A DNA stretch of 64,000 bases from Mobula hypostoma. Taxonomy: Eukaryota. Shown in pieces: positions 13,655-25,619 of this stretch; position 1 is the first letter of the stretch, and every line of letters begins with the position of its first letter. Location: assembly GCF_963921235.1 (NCBI RefSeq), contig NC_086108.1:54686001-54750000 (forward strand). The letters are read 5' to 3'. The notes under the pieces are model-generated. The model made no database searches. It was not told the origin of the DNA and saw only the letters and a program-made list of their open reading frames with translations. The position numbers were made by a program, and so were the translations under genes.

Positions 13655-14100
13655 TCAGAATCAGAATCCAGTTTAATATCACTGTCATATGTCGTGAAAT
13701 TTGTTTTGCGACAGCAGTATATTGCAATACACAATAAGAAAAATAACTATAAATTACAATAAGAAATATATTTTTTAAAAATAAATTAAATAACTAGTGA
13801 AAAAAGAGTGCAAAAAAGAAAAAGGAAAGAAGTGAAATAGTGTACATGAGTTCATTGTCCATTCAGAAATCTGATGGTGGTGGGGAAGAAGCTGTTCCTA
13901 AAATGATAAGTGTGTGTATTCATGCTCCTGTACCTCATCTTTGATGGTAGCAACGAGAAAAGGGTATGTCCTGGGTGATGGGGGTCCTTAGTAATCGGAA
14001 TCAGGTTTATCATCACTGGCATGTGTCATGAAATTTGTTAACTTAATGGTGGTCACCTTTCTGAGGCATCGACTTTTAAGATGTCTTCAATGCTGTGGAC
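13655..14100 (-). mobile_element. Non-LTR retroelement 3' fragment with (TCTGAT)n tail, containing a second short tail of the same family near 13993-14042
   Basis: tcagaatcagaatc tail motif occurs twice, followed by Rex/L2-like 3' coding remnants. Confidence 0.55.
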
Positions 14101-14254
14101 CTTTGCAATTTTGAGGCATTTTGTTCATGTCATTTTGGTTTGTAAAATATAAGGCACTAACTAAGTGTGCCAATGTAATTTGATGGGTTAAGGCTTCAAG
14201 TTCAGGTTAGGGTCTGAAAATATGATATTTTGATAATAAATTTACTTTGAACTG

Positions 14255-15110
14255 AAAGACACAGCGAAGGTACAACATCTCCAGGCTGATCTTTCTGAAA
14301 GACTCCCAAAGCAGTATCCGGAGGGAATTGAAGAATACTGGACCACACTGAAGACCACCATCCTCGATACTTGTAAAAACATCATTGCATACAAGACCAG
14401 GTAAAACAAAGACTGCTTTGATGAAAATGACAATTAAATAGAAGAGCTAATCAACAACAAAAGAAAAGCTTTCTGTGCCTGGCAGAAGGACATCAATTGC
14501 AAGGCAAAAAAAGAAGCCCACTCCAAAGCTAAGGCCATAGTCCAGTGTAGAGCAAGGGAAATAAAGAATCAATGGTGGACTGAGACGGACCTAGAGATAC
14601 AGCAGGTTGCTGACTCTGGTGATATCAGGGTTTTTTAAATTCCCGTCAAGGCAGTGTATGGCCCAAACCATCGTTGCCTAAACACCCTTCACTCCAAAGA
14701 TGGTTAAAGCCTGCTAAAGGACAATGATGCTATCAATTCTTGATGGAAGGAACACTTTCAGGAGCTACTTAATCGTACCACCACAGTTGACATTGAAGAC
14801 ATCAACCAGCTCCCACAGCGACCCATGAAGGAGGACATGAGTAAGCCTCTTACTATCGAAGAGGTTCAGACAGCTTCTAAGAAATTGAGGAACAACAAGG
14901 CCGCTGGGCCTGATGGAATTCCAGCAGAAATCCTCAAGGAAGGTGGCACAGAACTTTAAATCATATTCATGACCTGCTTGTCAAGACCTGGGACCATGAG
15001 AAGATTCCTGCTGAAATCAAGCCATGTCCACCTCAAGACCAGATCAACCACCAGCAGAAGAATCATATTTGTCTACAAGTGAATGCTGATGATGATGATG
15101 ATGATGATGA
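14255..15110 (+). mobile_element. RTE-clade LINE fragment with (GAT)n tail
   Basis: DCFDEND (RTE WFDEND motif) and NNKAAGPDGIPAEILK. (GAT)n run at ~15085-15110. Confidence 0.75.
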
Positions 15111-15660
15111 CGTTGAACTCATGTCCATGCTCCCAGTTTGACCATCTCAACCAAAAGTAGCTACCCGAAGCTTATTTACATCAACATATCTGATTGCCAC
15201 AGCGAAAGGGAGCTGTTGCCTCAGTTACCAGAATATATACTGTAAATGCCTTTAAATACCTAGAGCTAGTGTGGAATGGCTATGAGTTAGTTGGGAATAT
15301 GGGTGGTTTAACTTTAGTACAACATTGCTGGAAAGTCAATGGTCCTACTTTGAAGTCATTGCAGATGAAAACAGTAGCAATGTACTCTTTGTGTTCTATT
15401 GAATCAACTTCGTCTACACGTATTAATAATTTCTCATCATATTCCTAATCAGCCACTTTCTCACTAAAGCACTTAACAGGAATTTATCAACAGAAACAAC
15501 CTTAAAAATAACAGAACAGTAAGTTTCTAAAGAGCAGTACAGATATCCATGCATCACTCTTTTTTAAAACAGCCCAGTGAGTGGTAGCATTCAGTTCTTA
15601 AGAATTGTTTTCAACAAAAGAAGCACACCTTAGATAATTAACAGGCCAACCCCAAAGTAT

Positions 15661-15994
15661 TGTGGTGAACATTTGGTCCATAATGACAGAACAAGGAAAC
15701 TTGTTAAACTCAACATAAACACAAAATAGACCGGGCACCATGACCCGGAGAGTGAACCCAACCAGTCTCATACAGACAGGGGAAGAGACCGTCACACAAC
15801 CCGGCTACAGTCGGGATGACCCACAAATACAGAAGCGAATAACTATATAACTCAAGCTAAAATGTAACAATAAATGAACTGCAATTTCACACCATAATCC
15901 CACAGAAGCATTTTAAAACAAGAACAATAAACAGTGCTGGTTATTAGAAATGCAGGACCACCCCGCCCCCCCCCCCCGCCCCCGGAGCGTCACA
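15661..15994. mobile_element. Solo LTR (334 bp)
   Basis: TGTG...CACA termini flanked by the 4-bp TSD GTAT (15657-15660 and 15995-15998). Confidence 0.7.
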
Positions 15995-18112
15995 GTATAT
16001 TCAAATTCCGCGTGTGTACTGCAGAAATCACATTATGCTCCCGCTTTATTTTTTAATATGGTCCTTGGCTGTTGCCCACAGCATTCTTAATTAATAGCTT
16101 TTGAAATGCCAAAACTTTAAATACATTTCTGCCTCCTTCCTGTTGGATTACAGCATTGTGTAATCCCCCTCTGCATTTTTGTGTTTACTTCCAGATTCAC
16201 TGGTAACAGCTGAAAGTCACAATAACTTTGTTTATTGTCCCACTGTGCTGAATTTTAAACGGTCCAAAGCGGCTTTTTATTATGAAGCTCACTTAAAAAA
16301 GTATGACATGCCATAAAACCTAAGTGAAGCATAAATTATGACACCTCAAGCTTTAGTTAGCATGTAAATTTATGAATTAGGAGCAGAAGGCCACCTTGTT
16401 CCTCAGTCCAGCTCCACCATTCAGTAATTGATTGGATCTCAATTCTAAATTCCCGTTTAATTTGCCTAATCGTCCCTCATTAGACAACACAGCTATTTCA
16501 GGCATCAGTCCAGTATACCTCCTCAGAATTGCTTTCAATGCATTATCATTTTTGCATACAGTGCTTCAGATGTGGTCTCACAAACAGCAAAGGTAGTGTG
16601 CAGTCAGACTGTCAGGAAGGGCAGGCAGGTGACAGGACAAGATTGCAGCCAGCAGGGTGAGTATCAATGCATTCAGGATGCAGAATCAAGAAGGGTAGCA
16701 GATACAGCAAGGAGTGTAATAAACAAGATGGATGATCTTGTTGCACTGTTACAGATGTTGGGTATGATGTTGTGGCCATCAGTGAATTGTGACTGAAAGG
16801 TGGTTGTAGTTAAGAGCTAAATGTCCAAGGTTACACGTTGTATCAGAGGATAGGAAGGTTGGCAGAGGGGGTGGTGTGGCTCTGCTGGTAAAGAATGGCA
16901 TCAAATGAGTAGAAAGATGTGATATAGAATTGGAAGATGTTGAATCCTTGTGGGTTGAGTTAAGAAACTGCAAGTGTAAAAGGACCCTGATGGCAGTTAT
17001 ATACAGGCCTCCCAACAGTAGCTAGGATGTGGACCACAGATTACAACAGGAAATAGAAAAGGCGTGTCAAAAGGGCAATGTTATTATAATCATGGGAGAT
17101 TTTAACATGCAGGTCAATTGAAAATCAGGTTAGTAATGGATCTCAAGAGAGTGAGTGTTGAGAGCTTATGAGATGGCTTTTTAGAGCAGTTTGTTGTTGA
17201 GCTTACTAGGGGATCAGTTATACTGGATTGGGTGTTATGTAATGAACCAGAGGCGATTAGGGAGCTTAAGGTAAAAGACCCCTTAGGAGACAGTGATCAC
17301 AATATGATTCAGTTCAACTTGAAATCTGTTAGGGAGAAAGTACAGTCCGATGTAGCAGTATTTCAGTAGGGAAATTACAGTGGTATGAGAAAGGAGTTGG
17401 CCAAAGTAAATTGGAAGGAGATGCTGGCAGGTATGACAGCAGAGCAATGGCGTGAATTTCTGGGAAAAATGAGGAAGGTGCAGGATAGATGCATTCCAAA
17501 AGTGAAGAAATACTCAAATGGTGAAATAGTACAACTGTGGCTGACAAGGGAAGTCAAAGCTAATGTAAAAGCAAAAGAAATAGCATACACAAAGCAAAAA
17601 TTAGTGGAAAGATGGAGGTTTTGGAAGTTTTTAGAACCCTACAGAGAGCAACTAAAGGAATTATTAGGAGGGAAAAGATGAAACATAAAAGCAAGCTAGC
17701 AAACAATATCAAAGTGGATAGTAAAAACTTTTTCAAGTATGCAAAAAAATAAAAGAGAGATGAGAGTGGATATAGGACTGCTGGAAAATGAGGCAGGAGA
17801 AATAATTACAGGGGACAAGGAGATGGCAGATGAACTAAATGAGGATTTTGCATCAGTCTTCACTGTGGAAGACACTAGAAGTGTGCCAGATGTCGAACGG
17901 TGTGAGGGAAGAGAAGTGAGTGCAGTTACTATTACAAGGAAGAAGGTGCCCAAAAAGCTGAAAAAGCTAAGAGTACATAAGCCATCTGGGCCAGATGAAC
18001 TGCACCCTAGGGTTCTAAAAGTGGTAGCAGTAGAGATTGTGGAGGTATTGGTAATGATCTTTCAAAAAGCTCTGGGCTCTGGTCTTGTGGTAAACCATGT
18101 ATACAGGTTGTA

Positions 18113-18723
18113 ACATACATCAAAGTTGCTGGTGAACGCAGCAGGCCAAGCAGCATCTATAGGAAGAGTTGTCCACGGCCTCCTCTACTGTGGAGATGAA
18201 GCCACACTCAGGTTGGAGGAACAACACCTTATATTCCGTCTGGGTAGCCTCCAACCTGACGGCATGAACATCGACTTCTCTAACTTCCGCTAAGGCCCCA
18301 CCTCCCCCTCGTACCCCATCTGTTACTCATTTTTACGCACACATTCTTTCTCTCACTCTCCTTTTTCTCCCTCTGTCCCTCTGAATATACCTCTTGCCCA
18401 TCCTCTGGGTCAACCCCCCCCCGCTTGTCTTTCTTCCCGGACCTCCTGTCCCATGATCCTCTCGTATCCCTTTTGCCTATCACCTGTCCAGCTCTCAGCT
18501 CTATCCCTCCCCCTCCTGTCTTCTCCTATCATTTTGGATCTCCCCCTCCCCCTCCAACTTTCAAATCCCTTACTCACTCTTCCTTCAGTTAGTCCTGACG
18601 AAGGGTCTCGGCCTGAAACGTCGACTGCACCTCTTCCTATAGATGCTGCTTGGCCTGCTGCGTTCACCAGCAACTTTGATGTATGTTGCTTTCCAGCATC
18701 TGCAGAATTCCTGTTGTTTGCGT
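18113..18723 (+). mobile_element. Young Penelope-like insertion with inverted 5' tail
   Basis: About 18112-18168 is the reverse complement of about 18631-18688. TSD tata(c/t)aggttgtaac at 18100-18114 and 18724-18738. Confidence 0.85.
18591..18626 (+). ncRNA. Minimal type I hammerhead ribozyme motif (Penelope pLTR)
   Basis: AGTC-CTGACGA-AGGgtctcggCCT-GAAA-C-GTC-GACT: stem I AGTC/GACT, intact core, short stem II and a GUC cleavage triplet. Stem III is vestigial. Confidence 0.65.
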
Positions 18724-20656
18724 TATATAGGTTGTAACTGGGTTACCTGTCTGGACACGCCCCTCTGCTGACTGCTCCTGTGGCTCCTCCCACAGACCCC
18801 TGAATAAAGGCGATTGTGTCACTGCTCCTCCTCTCAGTCCAGGACAGCCATACAGCATGGACGTGGATCCATTTTACTGTTAATAAAAGCCTTTCAGTAT
18901 TTACTCTACTTCCAGTCTTTTAGAGTAATTGATAGTGCATCAGGTATGGTGCCAGAGCACTAGAAGACTACAAAAATCACTTCACTCTTCAAGAAAGGAG
19001 AAAGGCAGCAGAAAGGAAATTATAGACCAGTTAGCCTGAGCTCAGTGATGTTGGAGATGTTGGAGTCAATTGTTAAGGATGAGGCTATACAGTACTTGGT
19101 TACACAGGACAGGATAGGACAAAGTCAGTATTGTTTCCTTTAGGGTAAATCTTGCCTGATAAATCTGTTGGAATTCCAGAAGGAGATTATAAGTAGGATA
19201 GATAAAGGGGATGCAATGGATGTTGTATATTTGAACTTTCAAAAGGCCTTTGACAAGGTGCCACACATGAGGCTGCTTACCAAGTTAAGAGCCCATGGCA
19301 TTACAGAAAAGTTACTGGCATGGTAAGAGCATTGGCTGATTGGTAGGAGGCAGCGAGCGGGAATAAAAGGATCCTTTTCTGTTTGGCTGACAGTGAGTCG
19401 TGGTGTTCTGCAGGGTTGGTGTTGGGACCGCTTCTCTTTATGCTGTATGTCACTGATTTATCTGATGGAATAGATGGCTTTGTTACCAGGTTTGCAGATT
19501 TTATGAAGACTGGCGGAGGGGCAGGTAGTGTTGAAGAAACAGGTAGGATACAGGATTTAGATAGATTAGGAGATTGGGCAAGCTAGTGGCAAATGAAATA
19601 CAATATTGGAAAATGTATGGTCAGGCACTTTGGTAGTAGAAATAGATATGCAGGCTCTTTTCTAAACAGGGAGAAAATCCAAAAATCTGAGATGCAAAGG
19701 GACTTGGTAGTCCTTGTGTAAAACACCCTAGAGGTTAACTTGCAGGTAGAGTCGGTGGTGATGAAGGCAAATGCCATGCTAGCATTCATTTCCGGAGGTC
19801 TAGAATACAAGATCAGGGGTGTGATGCTGAGGCTTTATAAGGCACTGGTGAGGCCTCACCCTGAGTATTGTGAACAGTTTTAGGCTCCTCATCTAAGAAA
19901 GATGTGCTGGCATTGGAGAGGGTTCAGAGGAGGTTCACAATGATGATTCCAGGAATGAAAGGGTTATCATACGAGGAACGTTTGATGGCTCTGAGTATGT
20001 ACTCACTGGAATTTAGAAGGACGAGGGGGGATCTCATTAAAACCTTTCAAATGTTGAAAGACCTAGACAGAGTAGATGTAGAAAGGATGTTTCCCATGGT
20101 GGGGGAGTCTAGGGCAAGAGGGCACAGCCTCAGGATTGAGAAGCATCCATTTAAAACAAAGATGTGGAGAAATTTCTTTAGCCAGAGGCTGGTGAATTTG
20201 TGGGATTTATTACCACAGGCAGCTTTGGAGGCCAGGTCATTGGGTGCATGAAAGGTAGATCTTGATTGTTCACAGCATTAAGGTTACGGGAAGAAGGCTG
20301 TGGAGTGGGGCTGAGGAGGGGAAAAAGGATCAGCCATGATTGAATTGCGGAGCAGACTTGATGGGCCAAATGGCCTCTTCTGCTCCTATATCTTATGGTC
20401 ACCAAGCCTCGTATTCAGTGAGGAGAAGATGTTATTGCCCTAACACGTTTCCTTGTATTTCTGAAAACTTTGTCTTGAGAATTTTACTCAGTTTTGGTCA
20501 CAAATTTTTGTGGGAATCATTCACTCAACTACCTGTTCAATCTTAATTTATAAAATTCAGCAAATTTTGGAAATATGCAATTAGAGAAGAAAATGAAAAT
20601 ACTTACAAGATCAGTCAAAAGAGGGTTATGTCTTTTAGAATGTCTACCCTTTATAG

Positions 20657-21028
20657 TTGGGTGATGCATTAAAGATGTGTCTCTAACAAAGGAGATGTAA
20701 GGCACTCCTTCCCTCTGCTAGCCTGCAGGTCACCCTTGGGCAAGGTGTAGCACCTGCTCAGCCCTCCAATGAAGGTCACATGAAGCCATGTGAGCAAGTA
20801 GTTGATGGTTGTATGAGCAGTTGGGGCATATCACAACTCCTGGTTATGTGACCACTGATGTCAGGCAGACAATCTCTGAAGAGTACTGATAATGGCTGGG
20901 GCCACCCAGCTCGTAAAGACACTGCCCAGAAGAAGGCAATGACAAATCACTTCTGTACTTTGCCAAGAACAACCATGGTAGAGACCATGATCACTCACCT
21001 CATATGACAAGGAACATAATGATGATGG
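20657..21028 (+). mobile_element. Non-autonomous RTE-related retroelement with (GAT)n tail
   Basis: Perfect 10-bp TSD CCCTTTATAG at 20647-20656 and 21029-21038. Confidence 0.7.
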
Positions 21029-21774
21029 CCCTTTATAGGAACAGATGATGGAAAAAAATCAACTTTAGAGCCTGTATTTCCATATCATTAATCTGGTTTT
21101 AAATACAAAATACTTGTTTATAATTGGGTATAAATATAGGTACAATGAATTATAGATCTTTATTTAATTCTGGTACAGGGTGGTGAGTTACTTATAACAA
21201 TAAACTTTGATTTTGTAATATTTGAGATTGTACCCATATGCTGTGTGGATATTTATGTATCTCATCTGTCCTTATTAACGAGGTCACTTGACCCAACATG
21301 CCTATGCTACTTCACAGAACAACCCCATCAATTCTATTTCTCCATTTGTTTTCTTTGGAAACTATTATCCCTTAACCATCAGGCTTCTCAATGAGTGGAT
21401 AATTTCACTTACTCAATGCTGAATTGATTCCACAACCTATGGACTCACTTTCAAGGAGTCTACAACTCATGGTCTTAGTATTAGTTATCTATCTATCTAT
21501 CTATTTATTTATTTATTTATTTATTTCCTTCCTTCCTTTTGGGTATTTGCACATTTTGTTTTGTCCATTGGTTATCTGCCCACTTTTGTTTCTGTGTAGT
21601 TTTTTCATTGATTCTATTGTGTTTTTTTTTGTATTTACTGTGAATGCCTGCAAGAAAATGAGTCACAAAGTGGTACATCGTGACATATATGTACTATGAT
21701 AATAAATTTACTTTGAACTTTGAACTAAGGTCCCGTATATGCCTATTAACATTTTCACCCCGAATTCTCTCACC

Positions 21775-21985
21775 AGTTACCTATACCAGGGGCAATTTGC
21801 AGAAGCTAATAAATTTAGCAACAAGTACACATTTGGAATATGGGAGAAATTAGAGGACCTGGAAGAAACCCACACTGTCTCAGAGAGTACATGCAAACTC
21901 CACACAGACAACAGAAAGTCAGAGCTGAACCTAGGTCACTGGAGCTGTGAGGTGGCCGCTCTATCTGCAGGGTCACTGTCCTACC
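21775..21985 (-). mobile_element. HE1/V-SINE-like SINE (other copies near 36430-36900 and 50990-51090)
   Basis: Characteristic gaaacccac...catgcaaactccacacagaca core followed by a reversed tRNA-like head. Confidence 0.65.
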
Positions 21986-23754
21986 CTGTGGATAACTGTG
22001 CTGTTAAGTAACATCACTTGAATCTGTGTTAAGGAGTTTGCATAGTCATGAATATTACATGTGGGAGTGAGAATTATATCATAATTAAGTTTTTTTAGCT
22101 TTCCCCTTTTTTTCTACTGACTTGCTTCACCCTGATAAGAAAGCTGTGGAAATATTCTCCTTCAAACCATTTGGGGGCGTATTAAGATGATGGGCGCTTG
22201 ATCTTCAGATGTCCAGAAAGCAACTTTGCCTCACCAACTCCTCCCACCACCCTCTCCTAAACCAATTGTTTTCTTGAACCATTTGCCATAGGTTGATAAT
22301 GTCTCGTTTCCAGCAGGCAAGTGACCTGTGTACTTCTCCCTACTCATCTATCCAGTTTCTGACGGGCAAGGTCCACACTGCTCCTTTCTAGTTTTCTTTC
22401 TTCTACATTCTTCCCATCATGAAGTAATATCTCATCATGGAGGAAGCCTATACAAAGCAGTCGGAATAATATTTGCAGAAAGTTAAATTATGAGGATCAA
22501 TTCCATAAAGTTATTTGCTTGAATTTATAATGTCGATTGATGATTATTATGAAAAGGTGTTTAAAATAAATAGGGGATTCAATAAGGTAGATGCAAAGAA
22601 AATATCTCCTCTGGTAGGGATGACAGATAAGGAGTCTTTGAAACAGAGTGACTGTCACTTAGAGATAATACAAAAATTGTTTTGACACAAAACATAATGA
22701 AAATTTCAAACTATTCCCTCCAAAAGCTCATCTGAGAGAAGGTCTGTTCTTTATCAGATAGTGCTACTGGATATATCCTTCTGAAATGTTAAACAGGACC
22801 TTCTTCTGAGATATCATTAGTTATGATTGTTACAATTACCTGAAAATTTAAAAAAAAAGCAAAGTCATACTACAATAAAGCAGAAAATGCTGGAAGTACT
22901 TAGCAGGTACAGCCATATCTGGTAGAAGAGAAACAGAGTTAACATTAAAGGTTGAAGACTTTGTCAGAACTGAGAAGGAGACAAACAAAGCTTGCTTAGA
23001 TGTATGAGGGAGGAGAAAGGGGCTTTAAACAAGGTTAACTGGTCAATGACTGAATGAGAGCATGGACTGGCTCATCCCAACTTCCAGGCAAAATAAAACA
23101 AATGCTTAGATCATGTGCTCACATACAGTACCACAGGGGTCTTGAACTCAGAAATGAAAATACTTGCATTGGTCTGAGGTGAAGGAAGAGCAGAAAGCAT
23201 GAAAGAATTTTTAATTGGCTTTGGCATTCTTGTCAAAAGTGTCTGAAATTATAATTATTTTTTCAAGACAGAGAGTGTTCTTTTCTTAAACTCACTCTCC
23301 ACAGCTGTGTACTACATATGGGTACACTTTCTGGTTATTGGACAGTAAAGAACATCATTGATAATTTTTATATCTTTGTTGTGCTTTGATACAAATTCAT
23401 AAATAAAACTAACATGTTTGTTGGGAAAATTCAACAATAAAATGGTTGCTACTAAACCGTTCTTGTAACTGCAATGTGGCTCACCAATAGCTTCTCAGGC
23501 AAAATCTTTCACACCACAATCACCTACCCACATTGTCAGATGTTATGAAACAGAAGATGTGAAAGCAGAAAGGGAGAAAAATGCATTTAAAAGCAAATAG
23601 TTCTTCCCACATAAAGGAGGAATGTGTATAACATACATTACACATGTCACACCTCAGTGAATTTGAGTGTACAGTAGATTTCATTTTGTGTGAATTATCT
23701 AGAAAAGTATAGTAACTTAAAAACTGAAGGCTAGGTGATATTATCAATAATTAG

Positions 23755-23900
23755 TTAAATTGGATAGCTATATGGACAGGAGGGGAATGGAGGGTTATGG
23801 GCTGAGTGCAGGTCAGTGGGGCTAGGTGAGAGTGAGAGTTCAGCATGGACTAGAAGGGCCGAGATGGCCTGTTTCTGTGCTGTAATTGTTATATGGTTAT
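23755..23900 (+). mobile_element. CR1 3'-end insertion
   Basis: CR1-type 3' UTR with gttatatg tail. TSD ATAATTAG at 23747-23754 and 23901-23908. Confidence 0.75.
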
Positions 23901-24644
23901 ATAATTAGAATTTGCTGCAGTATCTACGCTTAACAAAAATGCTAAGTTAAAAAAAAGCAGAAACTGCTGGAGATTTTCAACAGGTTAGAGAGCATCTGCA
24001 GAGAGAGAAAACAGAATTAATATTTTAGGTAATGAAACTTCATAAAAAGAAAAGTCTTTGACCCAAAACATTAACACCATTTCTCTCTCCGCAGATCTTA
24101 CCCATTGAGTAAGCCAGTGGCTTCTGTTTATATTTCGAATTTTTAGCATCTGCAACATTTTTTGCTTTCCAAAAGTTAAAAATATGCTCAGTATGCATTT
24201 ACTTCAACATGAAGCTTGGTAATTAATTCTGTTTTATTTATCTCATTTATTTAAATGTCATCTGCTCTTACTCAAAGATCCCACCCGCCTTCACCTCCAG
24301 TTATTTATTAAAGTTTCACGTGATTATGAGGTGTACTCAGGATCTACAAAGTTTACAATTAAAATATGCTTTTCTGACTAGTGACATGTGCAACAAAAAT
24401 AATCCCAATGGCCAAAAGGACGCAAAATACAGATATAAATCCTTAATGCAACCTTGTGCCAACTATAACTGGCACGTTCTGGTTGGGATACAAGTTTACT
24501 GATCTTGTGCAAATGGATACTATCACCTTAAGCAGCTCTCACATGACTTACAAAACCATTTTATCACATTTTTCTCCATGTATTAACAGATTTTACTCAC
24601 TGGTCTGGCATTTGTGCCTGGTTTGCTTTATGCTTTGGTTCACA

Positions 24645-24722
24645 TTTAAATGTATAAACTTTTATCATGATGAGGAAGAAAAGCTTTTCTTCCTCATCAT
24701 GATAAAGGTTTATACAGTTAAA
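24645..24722. repeat. Spacer-less palindrome with 39-bp arms
   Basis: Centred on AAG|CTT (24683/24684). The inner 33-bp arms have 1 mismatch and the 39-bp arms have 2. Confidence 0.97.
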
Positions 24723-25451
24723 CATGTACTGTATCAACCCTTCATGTGTATCAAAAGAAAATGGCAAGTCTCCTCTAACATTATCAGGTAGATTTGGAAA
24801 AATATCAACAATCCCAGTGTACAAGTGATGTGTCTTGACCCTGCATTTTTGCTAATCAAAGAAGAGTTTATTCATCATATATGCCAGGAAAGTACTAGAT
24901 CCTTTTTTAGAGATAGTGTTTATTCTTATTAGATGCCTGTGACTACTGTTATTTTCTAAGGATCAGTGCTGGGACTGTAGAAGTAAATGCATACTGAGCA
25001 TATTTTTAACTTTTGGAAAGCAAAAAATGTTGCAGATCCTAAAATTTCAAAATATAAACAGAAGCCCCTGGAGATACTCAAAGATTAAGATCTGCAGAGA
25101 GTGAAATGGTGTTGATGTTTCAGGTCAAAGACTTCCCTTTTGGTGAAGTTTCATCACCTAAAATGTTAATTCTGTTTTCTCTCTCTACCAATTTTCATGT
25201 CATCTGCAAACTTGTTAAACTACCTACTCTTTCTTCCAAATTATTAACAACCAAAAGTAGTCCCAGCACTGATCACCTTTGTCTTTAGCAGGCATATTGG
25301 CTGAACTTGTAGGTTGTGGGACAAATTATTCTCTATTTGTAAAATTGTATGTATGATTTTCTTGCAACTAAAATAAGAATCAGAATTCTCTTCCATTGTA
25401 CAGTTGCATGAGATTCAAGGTGAGCTGGTCTAGTGGATAATAGTGATAGGG

Positions 25452-25612
25452 TTTAAACTCTTGTCGGGCTTCCAGCCAGGTACAGGTATCAAATATAACT
25501 GATGTTTTGATGACAAGCTCCATCATCTTCAGTTATAATCAATACGTGTACCCGGCTGGAAGCCCAAGAAGAGTTTATTCATCATATATGCCGGGAAAGT
25601 ACAAGATCCTTT
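25452..25612. mobile_element. Fold-back remnant of a second Penelope-like family (inverted pLTR tails)
   Basis: aaactcttgtcgggcttccagcc... pairs with ...ggctggaagcccaagaagagttt. A decayed hammerhead-like core lies on the minus strand at the fold. Confidence 0.6.
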
Positions 25613-25619
25613 TTAGTAA

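Larger units (their letters stand above)
18086..18942 (+). mobile_element. Solo LTR (~235 bp net) interrupted by a Penelope-derived insertion
   Basis: TGTGG...CATCA termini, 5-bp TSD GGT(C/A)T and an internal AATAAA. Same family as 53787-54015. Confidence 0.85.
16570..20400 (+). mobile_element. CR1 LINE (endonuclease and RT, decayed), interrupted by a solo LTR
   Basis: GGGVALLV, GPDELHPRVLK, FQKAFDKVPH and LERVQRRFT motifs. CR1 3' UTR ending cttatggtc. Confidence 0.9.
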
